64,000 nucleotides of DNA from Clostridiales bacterium (GTDB taxonomy: Bacteria; Bacillota; Clostridia; Oscillospirales; CAG-382), in contig QAKH01000048.1 in the NCBI GenBank assembly GCA_003343885.1, forward strand, positions 72,779-136,778, read 5' to 3'. Positions within the stretch are counted from its first letter, which is position 1. Each line of letters starts with the position of its first letter. This document shows, piece after piece, positions 47,401-55,357 of the stretch. The notes under the pieces were generated by a model, which saw only the letters and a program-made list of their open reading frames with translations, had not been told where the DNA came from and ran no database searches. Position numbers and translations under genes: made by a program.

Positions 47401-47698
47401 CATTGACGGTGATTACTCCCTCTGAAAGTTCCTTGTCGTACTGAGTAACGTCAACTACGATTTCCTCTGACGCGTCCGGAACAAGAGCATAGTCCTCGAT
47501 ATACTCCGCATATGTCAGCGAAACCATCAAATCCTTCATATCGTCTAAGGAATTGAGAGTATACGACGTATCGTCAACAACGGCCGTCTGTTCGGTCGCT
47601 TCCTCGGCATAAGCCGACACGCCCGCCAAAGACTGCACCAACATGCTCGCCAGAATTATTCCAGAAACGATTCTGCTTTTGCGTTTAGCATTATTCAT
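44471..47698 (-). CDS. giant extracellular solute-binding protein: signal peptide + two CBM-like beta-sandwich repeats + helical linker + SBP (family 1) domain
   Basis: Start moved to ATG 47698 (GGAGGAAAACAGC upstream). Signal peptide ends ..GVSAYA/EE. There is an internal duplication (VPETAMY..IDDEIPFNEAR..FYLDEGEHTIAFE vs IPETGMY..IDGEYPFSEAK..FYLEAGTHTIELE). The C-terminal ~450 aa are SBP-like. Confidence 0.65.
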   Translation of the reverse strand: MNNAKRKSRIVSGIILASMLVQSLAGVSAYAEEATEQTAVVDDTSYTLNSLDDMKDLMVSLTYAEYIEDYALVPDASEEIVVDVTQYDKELSEGVITVNEKDTVVREGKEITCGTVTTTDEGKLVYKIDVPETAMYSVTVEYYPIEGNGSTIERIFLIDDEIPFNEARYMNFTRVWVDVEENGYSRTERTFKKDINENEMRPVKEEAPEWRTQTLIDSQAFYSEPFKFYLDEGEHTIAFESASEPLKIASIKLHTAEVLPTYEEYLAAHKDAPKLSENVSVKINAETPLKTSEQVIYAMNDRTSAITEPQSTKATLLNTIGGNGGDKWKITGQWIQWEVEIPETGMYKIIPRFKQTVNAGLFSSRSLKIDGEYPFSEAKLLQFNYNSDWQTLPLNDGTTEFEFYLEAGTHTIELEVVLGYMASILQTIDASTDRLNEYYRKILMITGSEPDEYTDYEFAKLIPEVLRGMREESELLYDMSALLEETIGEKGENTVILDRVAYLLDIMGNDQSKIAVNLENYKSYIGSLGTWLLSTSAQPLQLDYILFQSAENDSLPKAEAGLFEAIGHELGSFIMSFFVDYNSMGASTAYDENDPNSIEVWITNGRDQAQIMRQMVDDSFTAEYGVSVNLKLIAAGTLLPATLAGNGPDVSMDADPVGYGIRNAVIPLNYFENENDYMGENVMGYSEVVNLFNEEAFVPLTVLDPDRREFVGEELPISEDGDAEFKVVKGVERNGVVTYGLPSTMDFPMLFYRKDIFIELGLEVPQTWDDVEDVIRALSENKLEMGFSQALTQIRMYQTGEEWFKSSYDYEDYGTDEIDQNDREYLRTVGIETNLGSNGALDAFQRMTEWFTLYSQPVTYDFANRFRTGELPIAIQNYTMYNQLKVFAPEISGLWEFVQLPGVEQADGTIDHTTPITVGAVMMMKDAVDDISADQDVTDSVRAQNSWKYLQWWVSTPVQERFGKEQVAIMGTAAKYNTANVEALKGQSWTAQEKKNLDQQFKSLKGTPMSPGNYIVARYTNFAFYAVVDDGEVESEAMLGYIDDIDNELTRKREEYGFLTAEAYKEKLAENETNN

Positions 47699-47857
47699 GC
47701 TGTTTTCCTCCTGCCTTGATTTGTGAATAACTAAAAGCGATTTCAGCAATTTACTCATACGTCGAGACCTACTTTTCCCTGTGCCGCACACCGGAAATTT
47801 ATTCTTCGTCCCGGCAAAAAAGCAAAAAATGCCCAAGCCGCCTATTTACATACAAAT

Positions 47858-47886
47858 AGCATATCACTTGAGGCACTTTTTGTCAA
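47858..47886 (-). promoter_or_regulatory. candidate sigma-A promoter of the nine-gene locus
   Basis: Minus strand: TTGACA (47886-47881), 17-nt spacer, TATGCT (47863-47858). The -35 is embedded in the inverted repeat TTGTCA-agag-TGACAA (47880-47895). Confidence 0.45.
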
Positions 47887-48324
47887 GAGTGACAATTTCT
47901 TGAGACGATTGTTGTCGAATTGGTATATTTATGTGAAAAATGAACGAAATATTCACATTTGAATTGATATGAAAATTTTATATATTATCAATATTGCACA
48001 ATTAAATGGATTATTATTTAAAACATAATCAACCAAGTTTGAAATCCCTTGATTTTAACGCATTTTTTGTTAATTTTGAATACCAATTCACTGGAAAAGT
48101 AAATTTTTAAATTAACCTATTTTTTAAGTAAAATTTAAGGTTTACATAAATTTTGCAAAAAATGTAAACTTTTCAGTTGTTTACATAGGTATTTTGTTCA
48201 CTTCTTTTGTACATTGTTACCAATTTTTGACACGTTTTTTCTACGCGTTGGAAGTTTTGACAAAGACGAGTAAAAATCAGAAAGTTGATTTCAGTTGTCA
48301 CCGAGTTAATCTTATAACGGTTAC

Positions 48325-50247
48325 TCATATGAGAGTATCCAAAAGCTGATACATTTTTTCCAATTCTTCCTCTATCTCATGAGCACGTCCGAACAGTTCG
48401 TTCACCTTTACGTAGTCCGACGCACATTCTTCCTGCCGGCGCTGATTTTCTGACAGTTCATTTTCAAGCTCAGAAATTCTTTTTTCCGTATCGGCTATCT
48501 GCTTTTCAAGCCGGCGGGCTTTGCTCTTCTGCTCTTTGGCTTTCAGATAATCTTCTTTTCCGGAAGAAGTGCTTCCGGCTCCGCCTTTATCTTTTGAAAC
48601 ATCCGAAACATCTGCCTTTGCCGAAACCTTATTTTTGTACTCGACGAAAGATTCGTAGCTGCCCTCAAAGCACATACATCCGTCGCTTCTCATTTCAAGG
48701 ATTCTGTTAGCTAATTTTTTTATGAAATACCTGTCGTGCGAAACGGCAAGTATTGTGCCGCCGTATTCGCCTAAAGCCTGTTCAAGTACTTCGCGCGACG
48801 GAGAGTCGAGATGGTTGGTAGGTTCATCAAGTATGAGCATATCGCTCTTTTCGAGCATGAGTTTGGCAAATGTGAGCCTTGCTTTTTCTCCACCTGAAAG
48901 TACGCTTATTTGTTTAAAGACATCGTCCGCAGTAAACAAAAAACATGCGAGAGCCGAACGTATCTCTGTCTGCGTCTTATCCGGGAAGCAGTCCCAAAGT
49001 TCGTCAATAACGGTATTATCAGGATTAAGACCTTGCTGTTCCTGGTCATAGTAACCTATGCGAAGTCCGTCGGCGTATTCAAAGACTCCAAAGTCCTGCC
49101 GTATTCTTGCGCAGAGAATTTTTAACAGAGTCGATTTGCCAATCCCATTTTCGCCGACTACAAACATTCTGTCTTTCCCATGCACCATAAAAGAAAGATC
49201 CTCGAACAGCTTTTTGCCGGGATAAGATTTTGATAAGCCTTTGACTTCAAGCAGTTTATAAGGTGTTTTAACGTTTTCATCGGTTAAAAAGCTGAACTTA
49301 ATACTTGACGGAAGATTTTTGGGTTTATCTATCTTTTCCATCCTGTCTATGGCTTTCAGTCTGCTTTCAGCCGCAATTATGTTACGTTCCCTTCCCCAGC
49401 GTCTCTGATTCTCGACAAAGGCTTCAAGTCTTGCAATTTCTTTTTGCTGAAGTTCATAATGCTTGAGATCATTCTTCCTGTCGGCTTCCTTTCTTTCAAC
49501 ATACTGCGTATAGGGGCATGTATAAAGTTTACCGCCGCCGTTTTCAATCTCAAAAGTTTTGTTTGTGACCTTATCCAGAAAATATCTGTCATGCGAAACA
49601 ACTATTAACGTTTTTTTATACGAAGCAAGATAGTTTTCAAGCCATTCGATAGCTGATATATCAAGATGGTTGGTCGGCTCGTCAAGCACAAGTATATCGG
49701 GTTCAGACAAAAGCAGTCGTGATATAGCAAGCCTTGTTTTCTGTCCGCCTGAAAACTCATTTATTTTCATGGAATGTTTATCTTTGCCAAAGCCCATTGC
49801 TTCAAGCATTGAGGAAATTCGACTTTTATACTCATATCCGCCGTCACGCTTGAACTTTTCCTCGCTTGCCGTATATCTTGACGCAAGCGACATTCTCTCA
49901 TTTTCGTCAAGCGAAGGATCATTCATTTTCTCAACAAGTTCCGAGAGATATTTTTCAAGTGAAACAAGTGCCGGAAACGAGAGCAGCATCTCATCGTACA
50001 CAGTATTTTCGGAAACAAGTCCCGTATCCTGTTCAAGAAACCCGAGAGTCTTTCCGGCAGCAATATACACTTCACCGGAGGAAGGCGTTATACGTCCTGA
50101 TATCATTTTTAAAAACATTGATTTTCCCGCTCCGTTGACTCCGACAACTCCTATCTTGTCGCCGTCGGCAACTCCGAGCGAAATTTTATCCAATATGACG
50201 TCCGTCCCAAAGGACAATGTCAATTCAGAAGCACTAAGTATTATCAA
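48325..50247 (-). CDS. ABC-F family ATPase (Uup/YdiF-like; two ABC domains + C-terminal coiled coil)
   Basis: 640 aa with a TTG start overlapping the upstream stop (TTGA). Two Walker A motifs (GVNGAGKS, GENGIGKS), two LSGG signatures, a ~60-aa inter-domain linker and no TM domain. Confidence 0.88.
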   Translation of the reverse strand: MIILSASELTLSFGTDVILDKISLGVADGDKIGVVGVNGAGKSMFLKMISGRITPSSGEVYIAAGKTLGFLEQDTGLVSENTVYDEMLLSFPALVSLEKYLSELVEKMNDPSLDENERMSLASRYTASEEKFKRDGGYEYKSRISSMLEAMGFGKDKHSMKINEFSGGQKTRLAISRLLLSEPDILVLDEPTNHLDISAIEWLENYLASYKKTLIVVSHDRYFLDKVTNKTFEIENGGGKLYTCPYTQYVERKEADRKNDLKHYELQQKEIARLEAFVENQRRWGRERNIIAAESRLKAIDRMEKIDKPKNLPSSIKFSFLTDENVKTPYKLLEVKGLSKSYPGKKLFEDLSFMVHGKDRMFVVGENGIGKSTLLKILCARIRQDFGVFEYADGLRIGYYDQEQQGLNPDNTVIDELWDCFPDKTQTEIRSALACFLFTADDVFKQISVLSGGEKARLTFAKLMLEKSDMLILDEPTNHLDSPSREVLEQALGEYGGTILAVSHDRYFIKKLANRILEMRSDGCMCFEGSYESFVEYKNKVSAKADVSDVSKDKGGAGSTSSGKEDYLKAKEQKSKARRLEKQIADTEKRISELENELSENQRRQEECASDYVKVNELFGRAHEIEEELEKMYQLLDTLI

Positions 50248-51107
50248 AGTTTATTTCCTTTCCTTACTTTCCTGTAAAACGCAGGCGACAAATCATACTT
50301 TCGCTTGAACAGCCGATAAAAATAAGTTACATTATTAAATCCGCAGTCAAGCGCTATTTCTATTATCGGTCTGTCTGTACCGATAAGCATTTCAGCCGCT
50401 TTTTCAAGCCGTTTTTTATTTATATATTCACTGAAACTTAGCCCTGTATTCTTCTTGAACAATCTTCCGAGATATTTCTCGTTGAGGTAAAAAACATTAG
50501 CCAAGTTCTTAAGTGATATTTCTCCTGAGTAATAGGCGTCGGCATAATCTATTACCGCAAATTCAGCCCTTGTATTTCTGCCTTCCCTGTCAAAAGTGCT
50601 GCACGGGTAAGCAAGGCTATAAGTTTTCACTGCGTCCGAAACGGTTTCAGCTAAATTTTTATAATATTCCGTATCTTCCGTTTGTTCAAGAAGATGCCGG
50701 TAAAGCACAGCTTTTTTGCTTCTTTTTTCATTTTTATTATATATTCCGCCGACAAAAACAACATATTCGGTCTTATCTCCGTTTTTTACCGGAGATACCG
50801 CCTCATAGCATCCGTGAACACAAGTACCGCCGTATGTCTTGCCGGTAACTACTGCTTTATTTATTGCCAGTTCCTTACACGCAAGACATTTTTCAAGAGC
50901 AGTTCTCGTATTCTTCATGGTTTGACAAAAAGGATGAGAGTGTATTATTCTGTCAGCGCTGAGGAACATTTCCCCACTTACGGGATTTCTCGTTAGCGGA
51001 AGCACTGTAATACGGATATTCTTGCCGTACTCTAATGCTGCCAACAGTTTTTCAAGCCGCGACCCGTCCAAAACACTCACCACCATTAAAATACACTTGA
51101 AGTCCAT
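50244..51107 (-). CDS. AraC-family regulator with PocR-like Cys-rich sensory domain
   Basis: 287 aa. HPFCQ...CLAC...GGTCVHGCYEAVSPV resembles PocR. C-terminal double HTH (IALDCGFNNVTYFYRLFKRKY). Confidence 0.75.
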   Translation of the reverse strand: MDFKCILMVVSVLDGSRLEKLLAALEYGKNIRITVLPLTRNPVSGEMFLSADRIIHSHPFCQTMKNTRTALEKCLACKELAINKAVVTGKTYGGTCVHGCYEAVSPVKNGDKTEYVVFVGGIYNKNEKRSKKAVLYRHLLEQTEDTEYYKNLAETVSDAVKTYSLAYPCSTFDREGRNTRAEFAVIDYADAYYSGEISLKNLANVFYLNEKYLGRLFKKNTGLSFSEYINKKRLEKAAEMLIGTDRPIIEIALDCGFNNVTYFYRLFKRKYDLSPAFYRKVRKGNKL

Positions 51108-51271
51108 TTATCGGCTTTATTTGCAAAAAATGTATCTTTTGTTCAATATTATATTTCAAAAATAGAAGAAAATCAAGTATCAATGTGATAAAATTCCGTT
51201 AGATATACCAAGTAGGAACGCAAAATATATTTTAACTGTTACACATTGTAATTGAAAGGAACGGTATCAAA

Positions 51272-52537
51272 ATGAACACAAATTATGACCTTATAGTAGC
51301 CGGCGGCGGACTTACCGGCGTCGCAGCCTCTGTTTGCGCCGCAAGACGCGGATTAAAGGTTTTGCTTGCCGAAGCTTCCGGATGTCTTGGCGGCGCCATA
51401 TCGCAAAACCTTGTTTTCCCGTTTATGCCCTACATAACTACTGCCGACGTCGGCGGAAAAAAGGAAAAAGTAGTTTTGTCACGCGGCTTTTTCGAAGAAT
51501 TATGCAAAATGCTTGAAGAAAAGGGTCAACTCTTGCATACCAGCCACTTCAACTCGGAGTATGTCAAGGTATGCCTCGATTCACTTGTTGAAGAAAGCGG
51601 CGTAGACGTGTTGTTCCACGCAAATGTCTGCAAGGCAAACACAAAAGACGGAAAAATTGAATCGGTAGATATAGCTACCAAGTCCGGACTTGTAACTTTC
51701 TACTCAAAATATTTTATCGACGCCACCGGCGACGGAGATCTTATGGCATTTGCCGGATGTGAGTACACAATAGGAAGAGCCAAAGACAATCTCTGTCAGC
51801 CTATGACTCTTTGCTTTCGTGTTACCGGAGTAGACGATGCGGCATTTGACAAGGATTTCCCCAACATTACACCTTTATACAGAAAATACAAAGAAGAAGG
51901 CAAAATAAAGAATATAAGGGAAGATGTTCTTCTTTTCAGAGATATGGGAAAAGGCGTCGTACACTTCAACTCAACAAGAATAGTAAAGCACAATCCTGTT
52001 GATCCTGTTGAACTCAGCAAAGCAGAAATATTGGCAAGAAAGCAAATGGTAGAGCTTTTTGAATTTTTGAAAGAGAACTTTGAAAGCTTTAAAGACAGCA
52101 CACTTTCTTTCTCAGCAATTTCCATAGGTGTCAGGGAAAGCAGAAAACTCATCGGAACTTATGTTCTTACCGAAAACGACCTTCTTGAATGCCGCCGTTT
52201 TGATGACTCGATTGCCGTAGGAAACTATGATATTGACATTCACAATCCTGAGGGTGAAGGCACTTCCCACCACTACTTTGAACCGGGACAGTATTATACA
52301 ATTCCCTACCGCAGTATGGTTCCCAAAGAATTAGACAATCTCCTTGTTTCGGGAAGATGTCTTTCGGCTACCCACGAAGCTCAGGCATCTGTACGCATTA
52401 TGCCGATATGCTGCTGCCTTGGAGAAGCGGCTGGGCTTGCATGTGCGCTTGCCGCAAAAGACGGACGCTCAGTACAGTCGGTGGATATTGATGCTCTTCA
52501 CAAAATGCTTGATGAGAATGGCGCTAAGTACTTTTAA
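51272..52537 (+). CDS. FAD-dependent oxidoreductase (FAD_oxidored/GidA-like family often found in glycan loci)
   Basis: 421 aa. DLIVAGGGLTGVAASVCAARRG dinucleotide-binding fold and DATGDGDL motif. Confidence 0.7.
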   Translation: MNTNYDLIVAGGGLTGVAASVCAARRGLKVLLAEASGCLGGAISQNLVFPFMPYITTADVGGKKEKVVLSRGFFEELCKMLEEKGQLLHTSHFNSEYVKVCLDSLVEESGVDVLFHANVCKANTKDGKIESVDIATKSGLVTFYSKYFIDATGDGDLMAFAGCEYTIGRAKDNLCQPMTLCFRVTGVDDAAFDKDFPNITPLYRKYKEEGKIKNIREDVLLFRDMGKGVVHFNSTRIVKHNPVDPVELSKAEILARKQMVELFEFLKENFESFKDSTLSFSAISIGVRESRKLIGTYVLTENDLLECRRFDDSIAVGNYDIDIHNPEGEGTSHHYFEPGQYYTIPYRSMVPKELDNLLVSGRCLSATHEAQASVRIMPICCCLGEAAGLACALAAKDGRSVQSVDIDALHKMLDENGAKYF

Positions 52538-52601
52538 TTTAGCCAAGCACCTCTAATTTATAAGTATATTTCAAATAAAAAGCATTACCATACAGAAACG
52601 C

Positions 52602-52635
52602 GGGACCTCTTAAAAGGTGGTCCCTGTTTCTTGAT
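52602..52635 (+). terminator. intrinsic terminator after the FAD oxidoreductase gene
   Basis: GGGACC / GGTCCC stem (52602-52607 / 52618-52623) followed by TGTTTCTTGATTTT. Confidence 0.5.
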
Positions 52636-52743
52636 TTTGCCTTTCATTGGAAAAGTAACATTATCTTAACATTTTTTTTGACTGATATATTATAATGTTA
52701 AGTAACATCAAAGATTTGTTATTAAAAATAAAGGAGTAATAGT

Positions 52744-53472
52744 ATGATAAAGGTTACTGTGTACAATGAATTTGTACATGAAAAAGAACAGGAAAATGTA
52801 AAAAAGGTATATCCGAACGGTATGCATGCCGCAATCAAAGAGTTTTTGGAAGCTGACGGTCGTTTTACAGTTAAAACAGCAACTCTTGATATGCCGGAAC
52901 ACGGACTTACCAAGGAAGTACTGGACGACACGGATGTACTTATATGGTGGGGACACTGTGCTCATCATCTCGTTTCAGACGAAGTCGTTGAAAGAGTATA
53001 CAACAAGGTTCTGTCAGGCATGGGAATGGTTGTTCTTCATTCGGGACATTTCTCAAAGATTTTCAAAAAACTCAACGGTACGGGCTGCAATCTTAAATGG
53101 CGTGAAAGCGGAGACAAGGAGAGAATCTGGATAACTGCTCCTTCTCACCCAATTGCAGCTGGTTTGCCGGAACATTTCGAACTTGAGCACGAGGAAACAT
53201 ACGGAGAGCATTTTGATATAGCAAAGCCGGACGAAGTTGTATTCACAAGCTGGTTTTCCGGAGGAGAAGTATTCAGAAGCGGCTGCACGTTTACCCGCGG
53301 AAACGGCCGTATATTCTATTTCCGTCCCGGTCACGAGTCATTCCCTACTTTCTATGATGAAAATGTTCAGAAAGTAATCAAGAATGCGACAGCATGGGCA
53401 GCTCAGCCGAAAGGTATTTTCCAAACATACGGACATTACCCTTCTCTTGAAGCTGACGGAGGCAATGAGTGA
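52744..53472 (+). CDS. ThuA-domain protein (trehalose-utilisation-like, class I glutamine amidotransferase-like fold)
   Basis: 242 aa. [19 protein letters not shown] and VVLHSGH blocks are typical of ThuA. Confidence 0.8.
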   Translation: MIKVTVYNEFVHEKEQENVKKVYPNGMHAAIKEFLEADGRFTVKTATLDMPEHGLTKEVLDDTDVLIWWGHCAHHLVSDEVVERVYNKVLSGMGMVVLHSGHFSKIFKKLNGTGCNLKWRESGDKERIWITAPSHPIAAGLPEHFELEHEETYGEHFDIAKPDEVVFTSWFSGGEVFRSGCTFTRGNGRIFYFRPGHESFPTFYDENVQKVIKNATAWAAQPKGIFQTYGHYPSLEADGGNE

Positions 53473-53900
53473 TAGGCGCCATGGTTTACGCTATTATTGA
53501 CGCACTCAGCGATATTGAAGAACTCATAACTGTTGCCTACGCCGAAAAGCCCTGCGACCTTGCTGTTTGGTTTTTGGAAGAGGTAAACGACACCGCTGAC
53601 ATGTACTTAAGTGATGACAAGGGTTTTGAAAAGCTTGATAAAATCACTAACTCCATGGACATACTTACGCATGAGGATGCCTGTGAGCTTTCCGACATAA
53701 ACGGGCTTACAGTAGACATTGCAGACATATCCATTAGTGTAATCGGAGCTTTTTACAACTACGAGGAAATGAAAAAGGCGCTTGAAGAATTTGTTTCGGA
53801 CAAGCCGAAGTTCAAGAAAATACAGGTCCCGGACAATCCATACGAGTCAAATTCCGTTATCGACTCGCTCAACCGTGCACTTGTGAAGGCAGCAATTTAA
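53469..53900 (+). CDS. acidic hypothetical protein
   Basis: 143 aa. GTG 53469 lies 6 nt after GGAGG and overlaps the thuA stop (GTGA); an alternative ATG is at 53481. I recognise no motif. Confidence 0.45.
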   Translation: MIGAMVYAIIDALSDIEELITVAYAEKPCDLAVWFLEEVNDTADMYLSDDKGFEKLDKITNSMDILTHEDACELSDINGLTVDIADISISVIGAFYNYEEMKKALEEFVSDKPKFKKIQVPDNPYESNSVIDSLNRALVKAAI

Positions 53901-53985
53901 AAAAGGCTGACGGGATAGGTTCCGGCATAAGCAAAAAACGACGGAAGGTAAAATCGGAATTCCGAGAAATCAATATGCTTGAAAA

Positions 53986-54624
53986 ATGAGCGAATTTTTC
54001 GAAAAAAGGTTAGACGGCTACGATGAGCATATGATGACGGACATCGGTCGGCAGACGAATTTTATCCATTTACGGCACAGCGGCTGCCGACTGCGCAGGG
54101 CTGCCGTATTCTCGACCTCGGCTGTGGTACGGAATTGGAATTGGAAGAATTTTTTCTGCGCAATCTGTCCGCAAAGGTTACGGGAATCGATTTGTCGCAG
54201 GGAATGCTGTCCGCTCTCCGAAAGAAATTCGCGGATAAAGAAATTTCCTTGATTAAAGGCTCCTATTTTGATGTGCCTTCCGGTACCCGGGTGTTTGACG
54301 ATGCGGTATCGGTTGAAAGCCTTCGTCATTTTACCATGGAAGAAAAGATATCTCTGTACGCGAAACTGCACGCTTCGCTCAAAAACGACGGATATTTCAT
54401 TCTGACCGACTATTTTTCGCTGTCAGACGAGGAGGAACAAAACTGCCAACGAAATTTACTTGCACTGAAAGCGGAACAAGGCATTTCCGATAACGAGTTT
54501 TATCATTACGATATTCCTCTTACCGTAGAACACGAAACGGAAGCGCTTTTTTAAGGCGGGATTTACAAAAGTCGAAGTTATGCGCCATTGGGGCGCGACA
54601 TATACCTTGAAGGCGGAGCGATAA
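53986..54624 (+). pseudogene. class I SAM-dependent methyltransferase disrupted by two compensating frameshifts
   Basis: Frame 1 encodes MSEFFEKRLDGYDEHMMTDI. Frame 0 encodes ..ADEFYPFTAQRLPTAQGCRILDLGCGTELELEEFF... to 54554. Frame 1 resumes as KAGFTKVEVMRHWGATYTLKAER* (stop 54622-54624). The shifts lie near 54040-54056 and at the T6 run 54546-54552. Confidence 0.7.
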
Positions 54625-54695
54625 ATATTAGTTTGTAAAAATTGGAAAATATTTTATCCGTATGACAAATTGGAATTTCAAAGGAGGTTTCTTTG

Positions 54696-54869
54696 ATGAA
54701 AAATAAAATCAAACGAGCGGTTATTTCGGTAGTTATATTTGCAGTGATTTACATATTGTCTGGCTATATCATTGATTGGCGTTGGGCTTCCTATGATGCC
54801 ATGGCAATTGTATTTTTAGCTGCTGTTATAGGTGCAGGGTGCTATTGGATTGGCAGTAACGAACGATAA
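54696..54869 (+). CDS. small membrane protein, 57 aa
   Basis: Not in the ORF track. ATG lies 8 nt after AAGGAGG. Two hydrophobic helices. Confidence 0.5.
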   Translation: MKNKIKRAVISVVIFAVIYILSGYIIDWRWASYDAMAIVFLAAVIGAGCYWIGSNER

Positions 54870-54925
54870 AATTCCCGTTTGCTGAACCGTAAAGCACATA
54901 TTCACAAGTTAATGAGGTGACAGTT

Positions 54926-55357
54926 ATGAAAAAAACTGTAGGGGTTGTTTGCCTTTTTTTAATGATTGGTACACTTATTTCTTGTTCTTCTGGATTGACT
55001 GAAAAAGAAGATATAATAAAATTATTTGATAAGAACGAAACATTATTTATAGAAGCTGTTCAAACCAAAAATTTTGAACGAGTTGAGAACATCAGAGGTA
55101 TTCAAAGTGTAACAGTTTCTGAATACCCTGATTATATTGATTTCTCTTGTGGTGGTTATGGAATGGGAAGTCAAACCGGCTACTATGGTTTTTTCTATTC
55201 TCCGGACGACAACGTTACTGCTGTGGATGTGGCAGGTCCAAGAGATGAATTAGTTGAAGATGGGAATGGTTACAGATGGGAAGAAAAAAACGGTGATAAT
55301 ATTTATTATGTAGAACAGATTGGCGACCACTTTTTCTATTATGAAGCACATTTTTAA
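54926..55357 (+). CDS. putative lipoprotein
   Basis: MKKTVGVVCLFLMIGTLISC with an LISC lipobox. I chose ATG 54926 (GAGGTG upstream) over the track's GTG at 54917. Confidence 0.6.
   Translation: MKKTVGVVCLFLMIGTLISCSSGLTEKEDIIKLFDKNETLFIEAVQTKNFERVENIRGIQSVTVSEYPDYIDFSCGGYGMGSQTGYYGFFYSPDDNVTAVDVAGPRDELVEDGNGYRWEEKNGDNIYYVEQIGDHFFYYEAHF

Noticed and set aside
47913-47919. Perfect Spo0A box TGTCGAA in the control region of the nine-gene locus.
   Set aside because: Several copies of a 7-mer are expected by chance in this window. It is a single copy with no supporting context.
49670-50308. 212-aa Ser-rich ORF on the plus strand.
   Set aside because: It is antisense to the ABC-F gene, whose two Walker A and signature motifs are unambiguous. 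Its low-complexity S/P-rich translation is typical of a shadow frame.
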